DNA of 64,000 bases from Nitrospirae bacterium JdFR-85. Its GTDB lineage: Bacteria > Nitrospirota > Thermodesulfovibrionia > Thermodesulfovibrionales > JdFR-85. Below the pieces are notes generated by a model, which was given only the letters and a program-made list of their open reading frames with translations, had not been told where the DNA came from and made no database searches. The position numbers were made by a program, and so were the translations under genes. The stretch lies in contig MTOU01000014.1 of assembly GCA_002011745.1 (NCBI GenBank), forward strand, positions 13,369 to 77,368. Direction: 5' to 3'. Positions 9,616 to 17,493 of this stretch are shown here, in pieces; position 1 is the first letter of the stretch; every line of letters starts with the position of its first letter.

Positions 9616-10182
9616 ATGAAACGCTCAAACAAAAAGAGAGACAATATTCTTAAGGCTGCTATGGAACTCTTCTCAAAGAGGCCATATCATAAGGTGGCAA
9701 TGGATGATATTGCAAAACGGGCAAAAGTGGCAAAGGGGACTCTTTACTATTACTTTGAGTCGAAGGAGGCGCTTTATGCTTCTCTCCTTCATGAAGGCCT
9801 TGACAAAATGCTTCTAAAACTGAAAGAGAGATTTAAAGAGGACGACCCTCTTCAGAATATTAGACTCTTTATCAGTGAGTTGGTAAGTTTCTTTAATGAA
9901 AATAGGCACTTTTTTATGGTACTTCAGACAGAGGAGTCAAAGCTATTTAGAAAAAGACTGGGTCACTGTTATAAAAAGATATGTACAGTCCGGGATATCC
10001 TCACATCTTTAATAAAGGAAGGTATGAAGAGAGGGTATATTAGAGAGGACCTTGAGCCCTCCTTAGTAACAGAAGCGGTGATGGGGATGATAAAAGGGCC
10101 TGTACTTCATAGCCGGATTGACCCCAGAGTTCATACAGCCACTGTTGTGAGTATCCTAACTGAAGGAATAAAAAAAGGATAA
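9616..10182 (+). CDS. TetR/AcrR family transcriptional regulator
   Basis: N-terminal HTH (ILKAAMELFSKRPYHKVAMDDIAKRAKVAKGTLYYYFESKEALY); 188 aa. Confidence 0.85.
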   Translation: MKRSNKKRDNILKAAMELFSKRPYHKVAMDDIAKRAKVAKGTLYYYFESKEALYASLLHEGLDKMLLKLKERFKEDDPLQNIRLFISELVSFFNENRHFFMVLQTEESKLFRKRLGHCYKKICTVRDILTSLIKEGMKRGYIREDLEPSLVTEAVMGMIKGPVLHSRIDPRVHTATVVSILTEGIKKG

Positions 10183-10185
10183 ATC

Positions 10186-11490
10186 TTGAGCAGTTACGGA
10201 GACAGACAGAAGGCAAAGGAGATTTTTTTTGCCTCTTTAAAGGCTGTTGACCCCTATGAGGTAGTCAGGGCTCATATGGAGGGCGTCCTTCAGAGATATC
10301 ATACAGGTGGTTATAAAGAGGTCTTTCTCATTGCTATTGGCAAGGCTTCCTGCAGGATGGCAGAGGCAGCTGAAGAGGCCTTAGAGGGTATTAATTACAG
10401 GGGTGGTGTTATAACCAAATATGGTCATAGTGAAGGGTTCCGTTCAGAGAGACTCTCTCTTTATGAGGCAGGGCATCCTGTGCCTGATCTTAAAGGACAG
10501 GAGGCTACTGAAGAACTCCTTCGAGTTGCCCAGAATATTGATGAAAAGACCCTCTGTTTATGTCTGATTTCAGGAGGTGGTTCAGCGCTTTTTGTCTCTC
10601 CTGTTGAGGGATTAACCCTCCAAGACAAACAGTCTATAACAGAGGCCCTGCTCAGGTCAGGTGCTGATATCGTGGAACTTAATACAGTGAGAAAGCATCT
10701 GTCCAAAGTTAAAGGAGGCAGACTGGCGGAGAGACTGTATCCATCCTTTACGATGACTTTTCTCCTATCTGATGTTTTGAAAGACAGGCTTGATATTATT
10801 GCTTCAGGACCAACGGTTCCAGATCCCTCTACTTACAAGGATGCATATAGGGTGCTCCAGAAATACGGCCTTGTTGATGATGCTCCTGAAGGGATCTTGA
10901 AGGTTCTGAATGAGGGGATGAAAGGATTAAGAGAGGAGACACCCAAGCAGGATAGCCCTGTATTCAAGAAGGTTGAAAATATTATTGTAGGCAGCAATAG
11001 AACAGCTCTTTATGCTGCTTACAGGAAAGCAGAGACAATAGGATTACAGCCAAAGATACTTACTGATTCTCTGCAGGGTGAGGCAAGAGAGGCAGGCAGG
11101 TGGCTGGCAGAGAAGGCGAAAGAGGTAAAAGACGCTTTAGAAGGTCCTGTGTGTCTGATCTCTGGTGGTGAGACAACAGTTACTGTCAAGGGTAAAGGGA
11201 AAGGTGGTAGGAACACTGAACTGGCTCTTTCCTTTGCATTAGAGATTGACGGCGTTGAAGGAATAACCCTCCTTTCTGCAGGCACCGATGGCACAGATGG
11301 TCCTACTGATGCTGCAGGTGCAGTGGTGGATTCAGAGACAATCAAAAAGGCAAGGGCTCGAGGGCTTGATCCCTTACTTTTTCTCGATGACAATGACTCT
11401 TATACTTTTTTCCACCAGACAGGAGAGCTCCTTATAACAGGTCCCACAGGCACCAATGTCATGGATATACAGATAGTAATTGTGAGATGA
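10186..11490 (+). CDS. glycerate kinase / hydroxypyruvate reductase-type protein (DUF4147 + MOFRL domains)
   Basis: GGETTVTVKGKGKGGRNTELALSF...SAGTDGTDGPTDAAGA motifs; TTG start 4 nt after the tetR stop. Confidence 0.8.
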   Translation: MSSYGDRQKAKEIFFASLKAVDPYEVVRAHMEGVLQRYHTGGYKEVFLIAIGKASCRMAEAAEEALEGINYRGGVITKYGHSEGFRSERLSLYEAGHPVPDLKGQEATEELLRVAQNIDEKTLCLCLISGGGSALFVSPVEGLTLQDKQSITEALLRSGADIVELNTVRKHLSKVKGGRLAERLYPSFTMTFLLSDVLKDRLDIIASGPTVPDPSTYKDAYRVLQKYGLVDDAPEGILKVLNEGMKGLREETPKQDSPVFKKVENIIVGSNRTALYAAYRKAETIGLQPKILTDSLQGEAREAGRWLAEKAKEVKDALEGPVCLISGGETTVTVKGKGKGGRNTELALSFALEIDGVEGITLLSAGTDGTDGPTDAAGAVVDSETIKKARARGLDPLLFLDDNDSYTFFHQTGELLITGPTGTNVMDIQIVIVR

Positions 11491-12299
11491 AGACACTGGT
11501 CATTTTTACAGATCTCGATGGAACCCTACTTGATGAGCACTACTCCTTTGAACCTGCAAAGGAGGCACTTGAAGAGCTCCAGAGAAGGGATATCCCTCTT
11601 GTGCTCTGTTCCAGCAAGACAAGGGCAGAGATTGAACATTACAGAAGTCTTCTTAAAAACTCCCACCCCTTTGTTGCAGAGAATGGAGGAGGAGTATTTA
11701 TACAGAAAGGGTATTTTAAGGAGAAGACACTTCCTGAGGGATATGAGCAGCGGGAGAATTATATTCTTATAAGGCTTGGGGCAGATTATAAAATTTTAAG
11801 AGATGCTATTAAGAAACTACAGCAGAAGGGTTACAGGATAAAAGGTTTTGGTGATATGAGTCCTGAAGAGATCTCCCGACTTACGGGGCTTGCACCTTCA
11901 GAGGCTCTTCTGGCAATGAAAAGAGAGTTTGATGAGCCCTTTATTCTTCTCAATGGTGAAAAGAGGATCGAACAGATACTGAAGGAGATAGAAGAGATGG
12001 GCCTGAGATACACTAAAGGGAGGATTTATCATCTTCTGGGGGCTTCAGACAAGGGCAAGGCTATTAGAGTCTTGAAGGAGCTTTATAAAAAACACCTGGG
12101 AGATGTGCTTACAGTAGCCCTTGGTGACAGCCCCAATGATTTGGAGATGCTTCAGGCTGTGGAGGTGCCTGTGGTTGTCAAAAGACCAGATGGGACAATA
12201 GATGAAACCCTTGCCTCTCTAAAAGATGCTATTTTTACTGAATACAGTGGTCCTGCAGGATGGAACAGAACTTTGAGAAAACTTCTTACAAAGCTTTAG
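11487..12299 (+). CDS. HAD-IIB phosphatase of the mannosyl-3-phosphoglycerate phosphatase (MpgP/YedP) type
   Basis: FTDLDGTLLD, CSSKTRAEI and GDSPNDLEML HAD motifs; ATGA overlap with the glycerate kinase gene. Confidence 0.7.
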   Translation: MKTLVIFTDLDGTLLDEHYSFEPAKEALEELQRRDIPLVLCSSKTRAEIEHYRSLLKNSHPFVAENGGGVFIQKGYFKEKTLPEGYEQRENYILIRLGADYKILRDAIKKLQQKGYRIKGFGDMSPEEISRLTGLAPSEALLAMKREFDEPFILLNGEKRIEQILKEIEEMGLRYTKGRIYHLLGASDKGKAIRVLKELYKKHLGDVLTVALGDSPNDLEMLQAVEVPVVVKRPDGTIDETLASLKDAIFTEYSGPAGWNRTLRKLLTKL

Positions 12300-12377
12300 A
12301 GGAAAAAGTTTTAAAATAGCTAAGTAAATTGATTATTAAACTTGTAAGAGCGTAACTCCAAATGTTACACTTTATTA

Positions 12378-12731
12378 ATGGGAGGAAGGATATTGGTTAT
12401 AGATGATGAACAACTACTTCTTAAATCCATCGAGAAGGCCCTTGAGAAAGTTGGATATACTGTACAGACAGCGGGTAACAGAGAAGAATTTTTGAGCTCT
12501 ATAGAGAGAAATATCTATGATCTGGTGATCCTTGATATTCATATGGAAGATCTGAAGATGGAAGAGATTATCAGGCTTGCAAAAGAGAAGATGCCAGATG
12601 TAAAATTTTTAATAATAAGTGGAGATGAGGAGACCACAGTTGAACACCCCTTTATTCAGAAGCCTTTCAGAATAGAGGTTCTGAGGAGTAAAGTAAAAGA
12701 ATTGATTGATGGAAAAGATAGCAGAACTTGA
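12378..12731 (+). CDS. single-domain response regulator (receiver only)
   Basis: ILVIDDE...LVILDIHM...IISG...KPF receiver motifs; 117 aa. Confidence 0.85.
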   Translation: MGGRILVIDDEQLLLKSIEKALEKVGYTVQTAGNREEFLSSIERNIYDLVILDIHMEDLKMEEIIRLAKEKMPDVKFLIISGDEETTVEHPFIQKPFRIEVLRSKVKELIDGKDSRT

Positions 12732-14796
12732 CCTGAAGCTCTTTTATCTCTTCAATCATAATCTCTCAAATCCCCTGTTTGATGCTCTGATGCCTTTTAT
12801 TACAAACCATGTGCCTTTGCTCCTGCTACCAGTAATTATTTTTCTTTTATTCAAACAAAAGATACATTTCCTGAAGCCCTTGGTTCTGCTGATTCTTGCT
12901 CTTATCTGCTCAGACAGTATTGTGAATATTCTCAAAGAGGCGATAGCAAGGCCCAGACCATTTAGTGTGCTCTCTGATGTGAGGCTACTTGTGGGCAAAG
13001 GGGCCTCTTATGCCATGCCCTCAGGACATGCCACCAATGTCTTCTCCACAGTCTCGGTTTTATTGTTCTATCTCAGACAGCAGAAGAAATCTTTCAATCT
13101 TGGTGGTCTATCCTCAAGAGCGCTTTCTTTTTACCTTCTTTTGGCTGCCTCTGCAGTTGCCTTTTCAAGAGTATACGTTGGGGTCCACTGGCCCTCAGAT
13201 GTTATTGTAGGAAGTGCTATTGGTTTTTTGGCAGGAGTGACTGTGTTTTATTGTTATCACTGGATTGGAAGACTTCTCAGAGAGAGAGCCTATTTTAGAG
13301 TTACACTGGTGTTTCTAATTCTCATCAGTCTATTCAGGGTGTACTATATCGCTACAGGCCCCCTTGATCTCAGCCCTGATGAGGCACACTACTGGGACTG
13401 GTCTCGGAACCTGCAACTGAGTTATTACTCTAAGGGGCCTGCTATTGCATACATAATAAGGGCAGCTACAGAGGTGTATGGGAATACGGTCTTAGGGGTG
13501 AGACTGCCTGCCGTAGTCTTCAGCTTTCTCAGTGCTCTGGTGCTGTATTTTTTTACAAGAGAGATTTCTAGGAGCATGAGACTCAGAGAGGACAGCGCCT
13601 CTCTGGCCGGCATGCTCTCGGCACTGGGGCTACAGATCATCCCTCTTTTTAGTGCCTTCGGCATAGTGAATACCATAGACGCGCCTCTGATCTTTTTCTG
13701 GTCACTCTCTTTATGGCTCTTCTGGAGGGCCTTAAACAGAAAATCCTTTTTTTATTGGCTCCTTACGGGCATTGCTGTTGGTATAGGGCTTCTTACTAAA
13801 TATACAATGGCATTCTTCTATATATCTGCAATGGGATATATACTCTGGGGGAAAAAATCTGAAAACATTTCTTTTAAAAGAAGTGAACTTCTGTTTTCTT
13901 CTAAACCCTGGTTGGGTTTTTTAATCAGTCTTCTCCTTTTTATGCCTGTAATTATATGGAATGCCCAGAACAACTGGGTCACCTTCCTTCATACAGCAGG
14001 TCAGGCAAACATTCAGGAGGGATTTGTATTGGACCTTTATAGCTTCGTTGAATTCATAGGCTCACAACTCGGAGTTATAACTCCTCTGATCTTTGTCCTT
14101 ATGCTTATGGGCCTTATCAGTCTTAAAAGGACAGCTGAAGGGAGCTTTCTTTTCTGGTTTTCTGCTCCAGTGCTTCTGTTTTTTCTGATGAAGAGTGTGC
14201 AAGGCAAGGTTCAGGCAAACTGGCCTTTGCCCGGGTATATATCTGCAGTGGTGTGTCTGTCCATCTATCTCGTAATCAGATGGCAGACTGCCGGGCGTGT
14301 CTTCAGGTCAGCAGCAGTCTCTGCAGCCGCTGTCTCTCTGCTGGTTATTATCGTAGGACTATATCCATCCTCCTTTGGTATCCCTCCTGAGCTTGATCCT
14401 TCTGCAAGATTGAGGGGATGGGAGAGCCTTGGAGGACATATGAGTGCCTTGAGAAAGGAGATGAAAAGAGACACCTTCATATTCTCAGATAATTATCAAG
14501 CCACAGCAGAGTTGGCATTTTATATGGAGGGGAATCCCCGGGTATATTGTGTAAATCTTGGACGGAGAATGAACCAGTATGACCTCTGGGAAGGTTTTTA
14601 TAACCTCGTTGGTTATGATGCCCTGTTTGTGGGAATAGGAGATAAGGGAGTGCCTGAGAAGCTTCTGAATTACTTTGATTATTGTGAGGAGGAGATATTC
14701 TATGTGTATGAGAATGGTAAAGTTTTCAGGAGTTTCAGTATCGGCAAGTGTAGAGGATTTAAAGGGATGAAGAAGGAACTGCCCAAGAGGTTTTAA
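12706..14796 (+). CDS. fusion protein: PAP2 lipid phosphatase (N-terminal) + ArnT/PMT-like family 39/83 glycosyltransferase (C-terminal)
   Basis: PAP2 motifs KEAIARPRP, PSGHA and SRVYVGVHWPSDV, followed by LSPDEAHYWDWSRNLQLSYYSKGP and ~10 further TM helices typical of ArnT-like enzymes. The start overlaps the receiver gene by 26 nt. Confidence 0.8.
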   Translation: MMEKIAELDLKLFYLFNHNLSNPLFDALMPFITNHVPLLLLPVIIFLLFKQKIHFLKPLVLLILALICSDSIVNILKEAIARPRPFSVLSDVRLLVGKGASYAMPSGHATNVFSTVSVLLFYLRQQKKSFNLGGLSSRALSFYLLLAASAVAFSRVYVGVHWPSDVIVGSAIGFLAGVTVFYCYHWIGRLLRERAYFRVTLVFLILISLFRVYYIATGPLDLSPDEAHYWDWSRNLQLSYYSKGPAIAYIIRAATEVYGNTVLGVRLPAVVFSFLSALVLYFFTREISRSMRLREDSASLAGMLSALGLQIIPLFSAFGIVNTIDAPLIFFWSLSLWLFWRALNRKSFFYWLLTGIAVGIGLLTKYTMAFFYISAMGYILWGKKSENISFKRSELLFSSKPWLGFLISLLLFMPVIIWNAQNNWVTFLHTAGQANIQEGFVLDLYSFVEFIGSQLGVITPLIFVLMLMGLISLKRTAEGSFLFWFSAPVLLFFLMKSVQGKVQANWPLPGYISAVVCLSIYLVIRWQTAGRVFRSAAVSAAAVSLLVIIVGLYPSSFGIPPELDPSARLRGWESLGGHMSALRKEMKRDTFIFSDNYQATAELAFYMEGNPRVYCVNLGRRMNQYDLWEGFYNLVGYDALFVGIGDKGVPEKLLNYFDYCEEEIFYVYENGKVFRSFSIGKCRGFKGMKKELPKRF

Positions 14797-14803
14797 AGTT
14801 ATT

Positions 14804-15559
14804 ATGATATCCATAAGTTTTAGGTCAGCAAGGTCGTTGCTTACAAAATCAGCAATAGAGGGTGTAGATTACTGTATAAACCCTTATGTGGGATGTGCCC
14901 ATGGGTGTAGATACTGTTATGCCACCTTTATGAAGAGGTTCACAGGCCATAGCCAACCATGGGGACGCTTTGTGGATGTAAAAATTAATGCTCCTGAGGT
15001 TCTGAGCAAGGAGATAAAGAGAATAAGAAGAGAAGCCGTAGTACTTATAAGCTCTGTTACAGACCCCTATCAGCCCTTAGAGGCTAAATATATGCTTACC
15101 CGGAAGTGTCTCCAGATCCTGAGTGAATCTGAACTTTCTCTGAGGATACTCACCAAGTCTCCTCTTATTTTAAGGGATATTGACTTATTTAAGAAGTTCA
15201 AAAGTATTAAGGTGGGCCTCACAATAACAACTGACAATGAAAAGATAAGACGTATATTTGAACCTGGGGCACCACCAATTGAGCTGAGGATAAAGGCCCT
15301 GAAGAGACTGTATTCAGAGGGGCTCTCCCCCTATGTTTTTATAGGTCCTCTGCTTCCGATGAATCCAGCACGTCTGGCAGAAAGGCTCATACCCTATGTA
15401 GATGAGATTATGATTGATAGAATGAACTATACTTATAAAACAGAGCATATCTACAGAAGACTCGGGTTTCAGAAATGGCTTGATAATGATTTTCTCCAGA
15501 AGGTGATCCAGACCTTAAATGGATATTTTCAGAATGTTCAAGATTGCTATTTGACTTGA
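14804..15559 (+). CDS. radical SAM protein (SplB-like / DNA-repair-photolyase-type family)
   Basis: CINPYVGCAHGCRYCYA CxxxCxxC cluster motif; 251 aa. Confidence 0.75.
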   Translation: MISISFRSARSLLTKSAIEGVDYCINPYVGCAHGCRYCYATFMKRFTGHSQPWGRFVDVKINAPEVLSKEIKRIRREAVVLISSVTDPYQPLEAKYMLTRKCLQILSESELSLRILTKSPLILRDIDLFKKFKSIKVGLTITTDNEKIRRIFEPGAPPIELRIKALKRLYSEGLSPYVFIGPLLPMNPARLAERLIPYVDEIMIDRMNYTYKTEHIYRRLGFQKWLDNDFLQKVIQTLNGYFQNVQDCYLT

Positions 15560-15574
15560 GTTCAGGGAGAATGA

Positions 15575-15730
15575 AAGGCAGGTTGGTCTACCTCAGAACA
15601 GGATCTATGCGACAGATTTTATTCATAAACATCCAGAAATGTTTTTACCTGCTTGGGTGAAAGTTGTTAGATTTACAGAGGCACTGGAGGTGTCGCTGAA
15701 ATCCTGATTCTTCGGCAACCAACCTGCCTT
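15575..15730. ncRNA. candidate ~156-nt rod-like structured RNA (6S-like shape) or MITE-like inverted-repeat element
   Basis: A 13-bp perfect terminal inverted repeat, AAGGCAGGTTGGT (15575-15587) with ACCAACCTGCCTT (15718-15730). It extends inward through CC/GG, AGAA/TTCT, CAGGA/TCCTG and GCGACA/TGTCGC. Intergenic; strand undetermined. Confidence 0.35.
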
Positions 15731-15875
15731 CTATTGTGTTTGTACTCAAGTCAATCGGCAAATGGGGGTTAAAGGAGAGGCAAAAAATTGACAAACCAAG
15801 AATAAGGTTGCTTAAATTACAGAAGAAAAGACGTATTTTCACATAGAAAATATTCTGGTTTTTAAAACATGCCTT

Positions 15876-16163
15876 TTGGATATACAAAAAAGCGATGATA
15901 ATAAGAGTGGTATTGGTGTAATTGGTTTGCTAATAGCCTTTTTAGAACCTTTTATATTCTTCGGTTTGCCGATATTTATGGTAATTATTGGTCTGATTCT
16001 TTTAATCATTTCTAAGATTTCACTTTTCAGACGAAGAATCTGGTTTTCCTTTGGTTCAAGGCTGATGACAGAGAAATATGCCAGCCTTTATAAACTTTCC
16101 TATCTCTTCATCTCACTTGGAGTAGTGATGATACTGGCCTCAGCAATGGTTAATAAACCGTAA
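15876..16163 (+). CDS. hypothetical small membrane protein (3 predicted TM helices)
   Basis: Hydrophobic segments only; TTG start; no recognisable family. Confidence 0.3.
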   Translation: MDIQKSDDNKSGIGVIGLLIAFLEPFIFFGLPIFMVIIGLILLIISKISLFRRRIWFSFGSRLMTEKYASLYKLSYLFISLGVVMILASAMVNKP

Positions 16164-16203
16164 CTCCCGAAGCGAGGTATCCCAAAATTACAAACTCCTT
16201 GCC

Positions 16204-16246
16204 AAAACTGACTTTAGTCAGGGATGAAGTCAGAGAATCTTCTCTG
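16204..16246 (-). terminator. two short hairpins downstream of the PIN gene, the distal one followed by TTTT
   Basis: CAGAGAA-TC-TTCTCTG (16231-16246). CTGACT-TT-AGTCAG (16208-16221) is followed on the minus strand by TTTTGG. The stems are weak. Confidence 0.3.
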
Positions 16247-16267
16247 GAGAGGCTATCCATCTTCAAA

Positions 16268-16747
16268 TTACTGTACGACGTCCTCAGAACGCAGTATTTT
16301 GGGAAGTTCTTCGGTCACAAATTCTGAGGGGCTGAGTATCTTGAATGGGCAGTTCTTTCCTCCCTTCAGATGGTCAAAATCCTTTTTATCACCTGTTACA
16401 AGAATATCCACACCTGCAACTATGGCAGAAGCTATTACGGGAGCGTCCTTTGGTGCAATCTCACGGCTCAATTTCCTTACAAGTTTTTTATCCGGTAGAG
16501 GAATGATCTGGAGATTCAGAAAAGGAAGATATTTTTGATAGACCTTCAGCGCCTGGGGGAGTTTTTTCTTCAGATTGCGTTCAATCTCAATAAGATTATA
16601 CTCTCCTGTGAAAAATTGAATATACTCAAGACGAATACAGCAAAGGTCAAGGATTATCCTGGGATATGATTTATCACTGAGCAGACCTGAAAGGATGACA
16701 TTTGAATCAAGAAAGACCTTAACGCTTCTGGCCGTATGTCTCTTCAA
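16268..16747 (-). CDS. PIN-domain toxin (VapC-like ribonuclease)
   Basis: VFLDSNVILSGLL N-terminal acidic motif and a later D in LVTGDKKDF. Directly downstream of an AbrB-type antitoxin. The start is uncertain: TTG at 16747 or TTG at 16780, both overlapping the antitoxin 3' end. Confidence 0.75.
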   Translation of the reverse strand: MKRHTARSVKVFLDSNVILSGLLSDKSYPRIILDLCCIRLEYIQFFTGEYNLIEIERNLKKKLPQALKVYQKYLPFLNLQIIPLPDKKLVRKLSREIAPKDAPVIASAIVAGVDILVTGDKKDFDHLKGGKNCPFKILSPSEFVTEELPKILRSEDVVQ

Positions 16748-17003
16748 AGAGGTCTTCCCTCTCTTCTTTAAGCCTCTCAAGAATCTCTTCAGGTGAAACT
16801 CCTGCAGCCTTCAGAATCCTTCTTATCTGTCTTCTTGCTTCTTCAATTTCAAGTCTGTGGGGAGTAATGATCAGAGAATCGCCAACGGGGATAATGTTTA
16901 CTACATCTCCCACATCAAGTCCAGTCTGCTCGCGGATTTTCTTGGGGATGGTAAGTTGTCCCCTTGCTTTGATTTCTGCTATGGTTGTTTTCACTTCTGC
17001 CAT
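16719..17003 (-). CDS. AbrB/MazE/SpoVT-family antitoxin
   Basis: Swapped-hairpin motif ARGQLTIPKKIREQTGLDVGDVVNIIPVGDSLIITP; 94 aa. Confidence 0.8.
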   Translation of the reverse strand: MAEVKTTIAEIKARGQLTIPKKIREQTGLDVGDVVNIIPVGDSLIITPHRLEIEEARRQIRRILKAAGVSPEEILERLKEEREDLFEETYGQKR

Positions 17004-17150
17004 GACATTATCTTTTCAGTATTTCATTTTTCAGAATATCAGAATTTTGAATATTATGTCAAGCTGAATCATAAGGGCCTGCAGATTATAGACTGGTTCT
17101 TTTGCCCCTCTAATCTGCACAGCAAATTGACAATTCTCATATAGTTTAGT

Positions 17151-17447
17151 ATGCTGGTATTTGAGGCGTCTACCTTGATTCTACTTGCTAAGATAGAGAT
17201 TCTGGAGATATTCGTCTCTACTTTTGATGGTGGAGTTATTATTCAAGAAAGGATAAAGAAAGAGACTTGCATAGGCTCAACAGAAGAAATGCCTTTTGTC
17301 CTGAATGATGAGCAAAGAAGAAAAGGTTTTGCCTGTAAAGGGAAAAAGACAAGGGTAAAAATTGCTGGAGACTTCATATCCGGGATGATGGACATTCTCA
17401 GAGAACAGGCAGTGGAGTCAAAAAGATATGGTAGGTTCACTATTTGA
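17151..17447 (+). pseudogene. possible degenerate DUF3368/PIN-like gene remnant
   Basis: The N-terminus LVFEASTLILLAKIEILEIFVSTFDGGVIIQERIKKE resembles the DUF3368 start (vvDtSpLiaLakIgrLdLL...). The ORF is ~50 aa short, and no partner antitoxin is adjacent. Confidence 0.3.
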
Positions 17448-17457
17448 CTGAGGTCAA

Positions 17458-17486
17458 ATAACAGAATTGGAGAAATGTAGTATAAT
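17458..17486 (+). promoter_or_regulatory. putative promoter (ATAACA-17-TATAAT) 7 nt before the ATG at 17494
   Basis: TATAAT at 17481-17486; no SD before the ATG at 17494. Confidence 0.4.
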
Positions 17487-17493
17487 TGCCTAT

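Noticed and set aside
15645-15887. An 80-aa minus-strand ORF spanning the rod-like inverted-repeat element.
   Set aside because: It has no SD, an odd composition (Cys/Phe/Asn-rich), and it overlaps the start of the plus-strand membrane ORF. The paired-arm structure explains the region better.
16208-16221. CTGACT-TT-AGTCAG shares its outer half-sites with the TetR operator CTGACTG-AC-CAGTCAG at 9586-9601, so it could be a second TetR site.
   Set aside because: Half-site spacing differs by 2 bp, and the site lies downstream of two gene ends rather than in a promoter. A weak terminator hairpin is the simpler reading.
16224-16538. A 104-aa plus-strand ORF.
   Set aside because: It lies entirely antisense to the PIN toxin gene, which has clear PIN motifs and the expected antitoxin partner.
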